Source of the DNA: Thermodesulfobacteriota bacterium
Lineage (GTDB): Bacteria; Desulfobacterota; Desulfobulbia; Desulfobulbales; SURF-16
DNA length: 64,000 bases
Reading direction: 5' to 3'
Assembly (NCBI GenBank): GCA_040755455.1
Contig: JBFMAY010000006.1
Coordinates: 41,770 to 105,769, forward strand
The position numbers were made by a program, and so were the translations under genes. Positions 1-8,778 of the stretch are shown piece by piece; the first letter of the stretch is position 1; the number at the start of each line of letters is the position of its first letter. Under the pieces are notes generated by a model. It was not told the DNA's origin. It was given only the letters and a program-made list of their open reading frames with translations, and did not search any database.

Positions 1-43
1 CTCGACCCATACGTTCATGTCCTGGTTGAACCGCAGCAATAAA

Positions 44-3043
44 ATGAATATCCCGAGCCGCACCGTTCCCTGGCATCGTTCGTTACGTTTCAGGCTGGTG
101 GTTGCCGCCATCACCGTCGAGCTGATCATGCTCTCGGCGTTGCTGGCCAACAGCTTCAGCCTTCTTGACAAAGCGGTTGTCTCGCAGACCCAGGCGCGGC
201 TTGAGGCGCTGTCCCCCCTGCTTGACGCAGCGCTGGCCGGTCGGGTGTTCCAGCGGGACCACGTCGAGGTGAAGGCGATCCTCACCCGGTTGACCAACTC
301 GCCGCTCACCGAGATAGAGTACCTCACCGTCCTGGATACGGCCGGCAATATCATTGCCTCAACGTCGCATCCGGATGCCGGAGCCCTGCCCGGGGAAGAC
401 CACAGCGTTAGCGCTGCGCTGCGTGACCTCACCTATGATGTCCGCCTTCCGCTGACCATCCTCGGCACGGAAGTCGGATCGGTGTATTTCGGTCTGTCAT
501 TGGCGTCTATGGTCGCCACCCAGGATCAGGTGGTCAGGGAGGGGGTCATCATTGCCACGGTTGAAATTTTCCTGAGCATGCTGCTGCTTGCCTCAGGCGG
601 TTATCTCATTACCCGCCACATCCGCTCCTTGACCGATGGAACGCGCCGGATTGCCCAGGGTGACTACAACGCGCGGATCTTTATTCCCGGCAAGGATGAG
701 ATCGCCGTGCTGGCCAGCGACTTCAATGCCATGTCCGAGGCGGTTGCCACCCATGTCAACGATCTCCGGGCCAGCGAAATGCGCTCCCAGGCCATCTTCA
801 ACTCAGTCAGCGAGGCAATTTTCATCCACGATGCCGTCACCGGCATGATCCTCGATGTCAACCAGCCGATGTGCGAGATGTTCTCCTGTTCCCGCGAGGA
901 GGCGATCGGCAACGATCTTGGTGTCTTCAGTTCCGATATTCCTCCGTATACCCTGGATGGTGCAATGGCTAAAATCCAGGCCGCCGTTGCCGGCGCCCGG
1001 CAACGATTTGACTGGCAGTCCAGAAGCCTGGACGGGCGGATATTCTGGATTGAGGTCAGCATGCAGCTGGCGAAAATTGGCGACCACGACCGCCTGATTG
1101 CCGTGGTGCGCGACATCAGCGACAGAAAGAAGGCGGATGAGGAAAAAAATACCGCTATCGCCCGCTTTCAGACCCTGGTTGACAGCCTTGATGCCCTGGT
1201 CTATGTGGCAGACATGCAAACCCATACCATTCTGTTCATCAACAAATACGGCAGAGAGGTGTGGGGCGAAATCGAGGGGAAGATCTGCTGGCAAGCCCTG
1301 CAGGTCGGTCAGAGCGGCCCCTGTTCTTTCTGCACCAACGACAAACTCCTCAATACCGATGGAAAGCCCACCGGAACCTATGTCAGTCTGATCCGCAATA
1401 CCGTAACCAGGCAATGGTACGAATGCCGCGACCAAGCCATACAATGGACCGACGGACGTCTGGTCCGCTTGGAGATTGCCATCAATATCACCCCGCGCAA
1501 GGCGGCGGAAGAGGCCCTGGCGGCTGAGAAAGAACGCCTGTCCGTTACCTTGCGCAGCATTGGTGACGGGGTCATCACCACCGATACCGAAGGCAGAATT
1601 ATTCTGATGAATGCCGTGGCGGAAAATCTGACCGGCTGGGGCCAGCAGGAGTCACAGGGCAGGCCCCTTGCAGAGGTATTTCACATTGTTAATGCGCGAA
1701 CCCTCACAACTTGCGAAAATCCGGTGGACAGGGTGCTGGCATCCGGGCAGATCATTGAACTGGCTCATCATACTGTTCTCGTTGCCAGGGGCGGGAATGA
1801 GCGGCGGATAGCGGACAGCGGGGCGCCAATCCGCGACGGAGAAGGGAATATTATTGGGGTGGTTCTGGTTTTCCGGGACGTCACGGAAAAACACCGGATG
1901 GAAGAGGAACTGCTGAAGGTGAAAAAGCTGGAGTCCGTTGGCGTGTTGGCGGGGGGGATCGCCCATGATTTCAATAACATCCTGACGGCCATCCTGGGCA
2001 ATATCAACATCGCCCTGCTGGATGACACCTTGAAGTATGGGACACGAACACTGCTGACCGAGGCAGAAAAGGCGTCAATCAGGGCAAAGGATCTCACCCG
2101 GCAGCTGCTCACCTTTTCCAAGGGCGGTGAACCCGTCAAAGAAACGGCATCAATCGCGGAAATTATCCACGATTCTGCTGAATTCGTGCTGCACGGAGGG
2201 AATGTGGCCTGCCAGTATTCCATCCCCGGCGACCTCTGGCTGGTCGATATTGATAGAGGCCAGATAAGCCAGGTTATTCAGAACATCATCATCAACGCCA
2301 AACATGCCATGCCGGGCGGAGGTTATATCCGGGTGAGTTGCGAGAATGTCAGTGCGCAGTCCATCCCAGATATCACCCTCTCTGGAAAAGGCCGCTACAT
2401 TAAAATCAACATTAGTGACAGCGGGACTGGTATCCCGGACAATATCCTTGACAAAATATTTGATCCTTATTTCACCACCAAGCATGAAGGAAGCGGCCTT
2501 GGCCTTGCTATCACCCATTCCATTATCAGCAAGCATAATGGTCACATATCCGTGCATTCACAACAGGGCAAAGGAACAACTTTTACCATCTATCTCCCTG
2601 TCTCTGGCATGAAACAGGAAAAGAAAAACCGTGAAGAGATCATGACGGTGAAAGCGGACAAGGCTAAAATCATGGTTATGGATGATGACGAAATGGTCAG
2701 AAAGGTCGCCCAAGCCATGCTTTCCATGCTTGATCACGAAGTGGTCCTGGCACGGAACGGAGCGGAAGCGCTTTCATTATACAGAAAGCACCAGGACAGT
2801 GGCGAACCGATTGATCTCGTTATCATGGACTTGACTATCCCCGGCGGCATGGGGGGGAAAGAGGCGGTAAAGGAGATTCATGCCATCAACCCCGCCGCCA
2901 AGGTTATCGTTTCCAGCGGTTATTCCAATGATCCGGTTATGGCATACTACAAGGAATATGGATTTGCCGCAGCTATTGTCAAACCTTTTCGGATACAGGA
3001 CGTCTTGGGCATTATCAATCAATTGCTGGAATCAAAGGCATAA
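44..3043 (+). CDS. Hybrid sensor histidine kinase (TM-HAMP-PAS x3-HisKA-HATPase-REC)
   Basis: H-box LAGGIAHDFNN, G2 box GSGLGL, C-terminal receiver (VMDDD...IMDLT...KPF) and PAS repeats. Start moved to ATG 44, just after a TAA at 40-42 that probably ends an upstream gene. Confidence 0.93.
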   Translation: MNIPSRTVPWHRSLRFRLVVAAITVELIMLSALLANSFSLLDKAVVSQTQARLEALSPLLDAALAGRVFQRDHVEVKAILTRLTNSPLTEIEYLTVLDTAGNIIASTSHPDAGALPGEDHSVSAALRDLTYDVRLPLTILGTEVGSVYFGLSLASMVATQDQVVREGVIIATVEIFLSMLLLASGGYLITRHIRSLTDGTRRIAQGDYNARIFIPGKDEIAVLASDFNAMSEAVATHVNDLRASEMRSQAIFNSVSEAIFIHDAVTGMILDVNQPMCEMFSCSREEAIGNDLGVFSSDIPPYTLDGAMAKIQAAVAGARQRFDWQSRSLDGRIFWIEVSMQLAKIGDHDRLIAVVRDISDRKKADEEKNTAIARFQTLVDSLDALVYVADMQTHTILFINKYGREVWGEIEGKICWQALQVGQSGPCSFCTNDKLLNTDGKPTGTYVSLIRNTVTRQWYECRDQAIQWTDGRLVRLEIAINITPRKAAEEALAAEKERLSVTLRSIGDGVITTDTEGRIILMNAVAENLTGWGQQESQGRPLAEVFHIVNARTLTTCENPVDRVLASGQIIELAHHTVLVARGGNERRIADSGAPIRDGEGNIIGVVLVFRDVTEKHRMEEELLKVKKLESVGVLAGGIAHDFNNILTAILGNINIALLDDTLKYGTRTLLTEAEKASIRAKDLTRQLLTFSKGGEPVKETASIAEIIHDSAEFVLHGGNVACQYSIPGDLWLVDIDRGQISQVIQNIIINAKHAMPGGGYIRVSCENVSAQSIPDITLSGKGRYIKINISDSGTGIPDNILDKIFDPYFTTKHEGSGLGLAITHSIISKHNGHISVHSQQGKGTTFTIYLPVSGMKQEKKNREEIMTVKADKAKIMVMDDDEMVRKVAQAMLSMLDHEVVLARNGAEALSLYRKHQDSGEPIDLVIMDLTIPGGMGGKEAVKEIHAINPAAKVIVSSGYSNDPVMAYYKEYGFAAAIVKPFRIQDVLGIINQLLESKA

Positions 3044-3266
3044 TTCGATTGCACTGATTTTCGCGGCATGACGGCGTAGAAAAGACAAACGCAGCCTTGC
3101 ACCGTGGAAAAACTTCATTAGCACGAGCTGATAAAACCCTCGCCAATCTGGCGATATCCCCCATCCGCCTCGGCTTATCACCACTTTCCCCTAACCGATG
3201 TGAAGAATTACAGGGTCTCCCCTCTGTAATTATCCGTTTTTATGATATTTTTTATATGCTGCCTGC

Positions 3267-3281
3267 GGGCATGGTTATTGC
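3267..3281 (+). promoter_or_regulatory. Putative sigma54 (-24/-12) promoter of the spermidine-synthase-like gene
   Basis: GGGCAT-GGTTA-TTGC with exact GG-N10-GC spacing, about 130 nt upstream of ATG 3413. Confidence 0.6.
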
Positions 3282-3412
3282 CTATCCTGTAAATGGCAAC
3301 ATTTTGCCGTAGCCATGCGAGACAAAGCGCGGCAGTGATTATCGGCAGCAAACTCGTCTTGCGGCGCGGCATAACAAGCTGAACGATACAAACATCATCG
3401 CAAGGAGCGTGT

Positions 3413-6400
3413 ATGCGGCAACTGCTTTTGAGCCTCGTCTACCTGATGTTTTTCTTCTCCGGCGCGGCAGCACTCATTTATGAGGTGGTGTGGGTGCGGT
3501 CGCTCAGCCTGATTTTCGGCGGCACCCATCTGGCCGTGACCACCGTCCTCTCCGTTTTCATGGGCGGGCTCGCCCTTGGCAGCTATCACATCGGCAAGCG
3601 GGTCGATGCCCTGAAAAAGCCTTTGCGCTTCTATGGCTTGCTGGAGCTGGGCATTGCCCTGTCCGCCCTGGGTTTCATTGGGCTCATGCAGGTCTATCCA
3701 GCCGTCTATATCTTTTTGGTGCAGGGTGGGGAAAATTCAAATATATATATAACCTGCGTGCGGGTGATCTTTGCCGTGGTGGCCCTGATTGTCCCGACCA
3801 CTCTCATGGGCGGTACCCTGCCGGTGCTCATCCGGTTTGTTACCGGCAGTTCGGCAAAAATCGGCACGAAACTTTCCCTGCTCTATGGCATCAATACCCT
3901 GGGAGCGGTTGCCGGAACCGGGGTGGCCGGTTTTTTTCTGCTGCGCTTTTATTCGGTCAGCATGACGCTGTATACGGCAATCGCCATCAACACGGTAATC
4001 GGTGTGGCCAGCATCCTGCTGCAGGACAAGGTGGCGCAGGGCATCATTTCCCTGGCAAGGGAGGAAGAGCGGAGGGCTCAGCGGCCGGATGTCTTTCGTG
4101 GCAGGGACATCCTGGAACCTGGGGCGGGTAATAATCTCTTTTCCGCCCGGCTGGTTCTGCTGGGCATCGGCATCAGCGGCTTCTGCGCCCTGGGTTATGA
4201 GGTGCTGTGGACGCGGATTCTCACCTTGACCATCGGCACCAGTGTTTACGGCTTTTGCATCATGCTGGTGGCCTTTCTCACCGGTATCGCCCTGGGCAGT
4301 GAGGCCTATGGCCTGATGCGCAGATTGCAGCCCGCCGGAGACCGGGATAGGGCTACTCCACTGATTCTCGGCTTTGGGCTGGTGCAATGCACCATCGGCA
4401 TGGCGGCATTGGTTGTGACATTTTATATCCGCGATCTGCCGACCCATTCCATCCAGCTGAGCGATTATTTTCTTGGTCGAGGCCTTGACGTGTTCCAGGC
4501 CCGGCAACTGGCCAACCTGGCCCTGGCTTTTTTCTATATGGTCGTTCCGGCCTTTTTCATGGGGCTGGCCTTTCCTCTTGCCGGCAAAGTCAATATCGCC
4601 TATCAGCGCAAGATTGGCCGTGCGGTGGGCGGGATGATGGCCTATAACACCATCGGCGCTATTCTCGGTTCAGCGGTCAGTGGATTTTTCATGATCTATG
4701 TGTTCGGCATCGAAAGATCACTGCAGATGCTGACCGGCATCAATTTCGGTTTTGGTTTGCTGGTGATCGCCAGTCTGCACAACAGAAAGGCCCTCAACCT
4801 GGCCATAGTCGGCGCGACACTGGCCATGATGCTGTTGCTGATCGCCAGGCCTGATGCCCTGCGGATGTGGAATGCCAAGTACTTTGCCATCTTCCAGAAC
4901 AATAAGGCTCAATCCTATGATTCCCCGGCAAAGAAACAGGACGCCCTCGATAATACCGATGTCCTCTTTTATCACGAGGGGGTCAATTCAACGATAAGCT
5001 CCATTAAAATCAAGGGCGGCAACCAGGCGCTGCTGGTAAACGGCAAGGTGGTCGCCTCGGCCACCCTGAAGGACCGCCAGTGCCAGCTCACTCTGGGGCA
5101 TCTGCCCATGCTCCTGCACAAAAATCCCAAAAGGGTGCTGGTGGTGGGTCTGGGCACCGGCATGACCCTGGGTGCCACCTCCATTCACCCTGGGGTGGAG
5201 GAGCTGACCCTGGCCGAGATCGAGCCCAATGTGGTGGGCGCCGCCCGGACCTTTGCCAGGTATAACAATAATGTGCTGGATGATCCGAAGCTACGGATCG
5301 TCTTTAACGATGCCCGTAATTTTCTGATGACCACCAAAAAGAGATTTGACGTCATCACCGCCGACCCGATCCACCCCTGGACCCAGGGGGCAGGCTATCT
5401 CTACACCGCCGCGTATTTCAAACTGGCCGCCGAGCATCTGCTGCCCGGCGGCATCATGTGCCAGTGGCTGCCGATCTATGAACTAAGCGTTGCCGATCTG
5501 CAGTCCGTGGTGAAGACATTTTCCATAAACTTCAGGTATACCATGGCCTGGCTGACCCAGTATGATGCCCAGCTCATTGGCAGCGATTCGCCGATCATCA
5601 TCGATGAGGAGGAGCTGCAGCGACGCATCTCGTTTACGGCAATTAATGAAGATCTCAACCCGGTGATGATGGGATCAGCAGCCGATTTCCTCAGTTATTT
5701 TGTCCTGGGCAAAAACGGGATGGAAGAATTTGCCGCAGACGGCATCATCAATACCGATGATAACCTGTACCTGGAATTCTCCACCCCGGTTTCAGTGGGC
5801 ATCAATCGCATGGGGGAAAATGTGGAGGCCATTTATCAGCATCGGGAAAGTATTCTGCCCTATCTGCGTGCAGCAGAAGACAAAACGGCCCGCAAGCAGC
5901 AGACCGGCAGGTGGGAGGAAGTCGGCAGGGCGGCGGAGATTGCCGACCGGGCTCATGCCCTGATGCTGAGCGGCGGATACAAGACGGCGGAATTTCAGAA
6001 CCTCATGGCTAAACTTGACCGGCAATATTCCGCGTTTTCGCCGGGTCGGTTCATCCGGCAGGAGTATGAGGAGGAGGTGTTGAAGATCCCGACCTTGCTC
6101 GACAGGCTTCCTCTTACCCTTGCAAATAACGCGGGGGAAAAGGTGGTGGTGGAAATTTCGGCGGTCATCGCCCGGGTCAGTGAAGAAAGGGCCGCGCTCA
6201 TCTTTGTTGACAACGCGGCCAGAATCATATTCGGGCAGCGCTATTTTTCCGGCATTGATGCTGATCAGAATATGTACGGTTTCGCCAGGGAGGTTCTGGC
6301 CGCCATCCGGGCCGTCTACCTTGAGCAGGCCGGCCCCGGCAGGAAGGAGAGCTTCCCAGCCCTGGCAACCACCATGCAGCGGGTCAGGGCGCTTATTGAG

Positions 6401-6463
6401 GCCAGGTGCGGGACCGCAGGGAATGCGGAGGAGATGGGGAGCAATCACCTCCTGCCCCGTTGA
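3413..6463 (+). CDS. Multi-TM membrane protein fused to a spermidine-synthase-like (aminopropyltransferase) domain
   Basis: About 480 aa of hydrophobic helices, then VLVVGLGTG, EIEP, NDAR and FDVITADP motifs of the class I (dc)SAM-binding fold. RBS AAGGAG. Confidence 0.88.
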   Translation: MRQLLLSLVYLMFFFSGAAALIYEVVWVRSLSLIFGGTHLAVTTVLSVFMGGLALGSYHIGKRVDALKKPLRFYGLLELGIALSALGFIGLMQVYPAVYIFLVQGGENSNIYITCVRVIFAVVALIVPTTLMGGTLPVLIRFVTGSSAKIGTKLSLLYGINTLGAVAGTGVAGFFLLRFYSVSMTLYTAIAINTVIGVASILLQDKVAQGIISLAREEERRAQRPDVFRGRDILEPGAGNNLFSARLVLLGIGISGFCALGYEVLWTRILTLTIGTSVYGFCIMLVAFLTGIALGSEAYGLMRRLQPAGDRDRATPLILGFGLVQCTIGMAALVVTFYIRDLPTHSIQLSDYFLGRGLDVFQARQLANLALAFFYMVVPAFFMGLAFPLAGKVNIAYQRKIGRAVGGMMAYNTIGAILGSAVSGFFMIYVFGIERSLQMLTGINFGFGLLVIASLHNRKALNLAIVGATLAMMLLLIARPDALRMWNAKYFAIFQNNKAQSYDSPAKKQDALDNTDVLFYHEGVNSTISSIKIKGGNQALLVNGKVVASATLKDRQCQLTLGHLPMLLHKNPKRVLVVGLGTGMTLGATSIHPGVEELTLAEIEPNVVGAARTFARYNNNVLDDPKLRIVFNDARNFLMTTKKRFDVITADPIHPWTQGAGYLYTAAYFKLAAEHLLPGGIMCQWLPIYELSVADLQSVVKTFSINFRYTMAWLTQYDAQLIGSDSPIIIDEEELQRRISFTAINEDLNPVMMGSAADFLSYFVLGKNGMEEFAADGIINTDDNLYLEFSTPVSVGINRMGENVEAIYQHRESILPYLRAAEDKTARKQQTGRWEEVGRAAEIADRAHALMLSGGYKTAEFQNLMAKLDRQYSAFSPGRFIRQEYEEEVLKIPTLLDRLPLTLANNAGEKVVVEISAVIARVSEERAALIFVDNAARIIFGQRYFSGIDADQNMYGFAREVLAAIRAVYLEQAGPGRKESFPALATTMQRVRALIEARCGTAGNAEEMGSNHLLPR

Positions 6464-6588
6464 GCGCGGTTGTTGTGGCGGATGGCCGGACGATTTCTTC
6501 CCCGGCACCCGGCGCTCGATATGACTCGCTGCCGGCTAGCAGGGAAGCCGCCGTCTCACTTGCAGTTAACCCCCGGAAGATTTGCCTG

Positions 6589-7488
6589 CTAGCGGAAAAC
6601 CTGGACCCGGTTGTTGTTTCTGTCGGCGATAAAGGCATTGGTGCCGGTGATGCACATCGCGGCAGGATAGTTCAGCAGCCCCTCATTCCAGCCCATTCCC
6701 GCCTTTCTGCTGCGGAAAGAACCGTCCAGCCCGAGGAGAATAATGCTTCCGCCGTTCTGGTCGGTGACATAGAGGACTCCCCGGTTATCCGTGGTGATGC
6801 AGGTGGGAAAGCTGATATACTCCTGCATATTTTTTGACAGGGGGAGAAACTCCGCTGCCTCTTTGGCCGCGGAATAGACCATGGAGTTGGCGCTGTCAAT
6901 CAGATAGACGCTCCCGCCATGATCCACCGTGAGGTCGGAGAAGAAGCCGGATTTTTTCGGAAAGGCGATCTGCCGCAGATAGTCACCCCGCGGGTTGAGC
7001 ACGATCACCCGGCCGGAAAAGATATCGAGCACGTAAATATTGTCCTGCTGATCAATTTTAAAACTCCTGGGAACAATGGTGGCGCCGGTGTCAGGCGGCA
7101 CCCCTTTCAAGTCGAGATTACCCGCAAACTGTCCGTCTTTGTTCAGGCGGACTATGCGGCGGTTCTTGCCGTCCAGGGCAAAAATCTCTCCCTGGGAATT
7201 GATCTGCACCCTGATGGGATTGGTCAACTGGGGCATCTTGATCTGCGAAGCAAATTCAACGGCGTCGACCTTCACCGTGTACTGCAGAAGACGGTTATTG
7301 CCCGTGTCCGCGATCACCAGGGTATTTTCCGTGCAGGCCACGCCTTCCGGCTGCAGAAGCCCATGGCCCTCGCCGTCCGTATACACGGAGACCACCGGCT
7401 GAAAGAGTACAGCCTGCTCGGCAAATGATGCTGATGGTGCATACAGCGGCAACATGAGAAGAAGAGTCAATAGCAATTTTACCGGCAC
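6589..7488 (-). CDS. Exported NHL-repeat beta-propeller protein
   Basis: Signal peptide and NHL motifs (PEGVA...IADTGNNR; YPAAM...IADRNNNRVQVF). Last gene of the cytochrome operon. Confidence 0.88.
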   Translation of the reverse strand: MPVKLLLTLLLMLPLYAPSASFAEQAVLFQPVVSVYTDGEGHGLLQPEGVACTENTLVIADTGNNRLLQYTVKVDAVEFASQIKMPQLTNPIRVQINSQGEIFALDGKNRRIVRLNKDGQFAGNLDLKGVPPDTGATIVPRSFKIDQQDNIYVLDIFSGRVIVLNPRGDYLRQIAFPKKSGFFSDLTVDHGGSVYLIDSANSMVYSAAKEAAEFLPLSKNMQEYISFPTCITTDNRGVLYVTDQNGGSIILLGLDGSFRSRKAGMGWNEGLLNYPAAMCITGTNAFIADRNNNRVQVFR

Positions 7489-7492
7489 TCGC

Positions 7493-8767
7493 TTACCTCC
7501 TGTATTCCTTGTGACAGTTCGTGCACATTTCCGTCTGGGTCGGAGAATGCAGCATTTTGCCGGCGTCCGTGCCGTGTGCCCGATGGCAGCTCTGGCAGGT
7601 CACCGTGAGATTCGGATTCCGAGGATCTTTGGCCTCGTCGCCGATGGGATGGGTGGAATGCTTCTGCCAGTCATGGCAGTCACCGCACACATCAATGACC
7701 GATGGTTTGTTCAGCAGCAGGATCTGATTGGACGAATGGGCGGAATGGCAGGCCATGCATGTGCCCTGCTCAACAGGGGGATGCTTGCTTTTCGCTGCCT
7801 TCAGTTTGGCCACCGTGTCCACATGGCAGCGGCCGCACACTTCCTGCATCGGTCCCGCCAGCAGTCCTTCCTGGTCGGAGGCATGGGGATTGTGGCAGTT
7901 CAGACAGCCGTTGCGGTCAAGCAGCGGCCAGTGCAGACGGTTTTTGGTCAAGGCCTCATTGATCATGTCGTTGTGGCACCCGCGGCACAGTTCAAAGCCG
8001 CCGGCCTTCACCTTGAGAGGTGTGGGGGAAGACGGCCCCTCATGGCACTGGTTGCATTTCTTGCTGGCAAAAGGCTCGTGCACCTTATCGTACAGCAGCC
8101 CCTTGTGGTTGGAGCCGTGCGGGTTATGGCAGGCGGTGCAGCGCGTGTTCGCCATGGGAAAGTTCATATGCTGCTTCTGGAAATTGATTTTCTCCGTGTC
8201 ATGGCATTTGAGGCAAAGGGCGGGCACATTATCCTTCAGCAGTTTGCCGGCGTTGGCCGAGGCGTGGGGATCATGGCAGTTGGCGCAGCCCTTTTCCACC
8301 GGCACATGCTTGAACTTGACCGCGGCAACACGTTCAGCCAGGGCCTTGTGGCACTCACTGCAGAGTGTGCCGCCATCCTTGAGGAGATTGAATTTGTATT
8401 TCGCCCCATGGGGATCATGACAGTTCACGCAGTTGCCGTCGGCTGCAACCTTGTGAGTGCTCACCGGCTTGTCAGGAAAGACCTTGCTGTGGCAGCGGAC
8501 ACAGATATCCTTCGGGTCCGCATCCAGCAGCTTGCCATGGGATGCCGCATGGGGGTTGTGGCATCCGGTGCAGTCCCAGCTCTTTACCGGGGTATGCACA
8601 AAGGGATTTTTGAGAATTTCCTCAAAACCGTCGTGACAGTTCAGGCAGTTCTTGCCCGTGGCCCCGGGTTTGAGGTTGAACTTGCCCTCCGCATGGGTCA
8701 GAGACTGCCCGCCCAGACAGAAAATGAGAGCAAGGAATGGGATGATGAAATCGGGTCGCCAACGCAT
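7493..8767 (-). CDS. 16-heme c-type cytochrome (paired-CxxCH family)
   Basis: Signal peptide and 16 CxxCH motifs counted, in a repeating CxxCH-xPH...CxxCH pattern. Confidence 0.95.
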   Translation of the reverse strand: MRWRPDFIIPFLALIFCLGGQSLTHAEGKFNLKPGATGKNCLNCHDGFEEILKNPFVHTPVKSWDCTGCHNPHAASHGKLLDADPKDICVRCHSKVFPDKPVSTHKVAADGNCVNCHDPHGAKYKFNLLKDGGTLCSECHKALAERVAAVKFKHVPVEKGCANCHDPHASANAGKLLKDNVPALCLKCHDTEKINFQKQHMNFPMANTRCTACHNPHGSNHKGLLYDKVHEPFASKKCNQCHEGPSSPTPLKVKAGGFELCRGCHNDMINEALTKNRLHWPLLDRNGCLNCHNPHASDQEGLLAGPMQEVCGRCHVDTVAKLKAAKSKHPPVEQGTCMACHSAHSSNQILLLNKPSVIDVCGDCHDWQKHSTHPIGDEAKDPRNPNLTVTCQSCHRAHGTDAGKMLHSPTQTEMCTNCHKEYRR

Positions 8768-8778
8768 GGTTCGTCCTT

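Noticed and set aside
1..42. Tail of an upstream CDS (LDPYVHVLVEPQQ*)
   Set aside because: It is too short to identify and was used only to choose the kinase start codon.
3294..3308. TGGCAACATTTTGC as a second sigma54 site
   Set aside because: The GG-to-GC spacing is 9 nt rather than the required 10.
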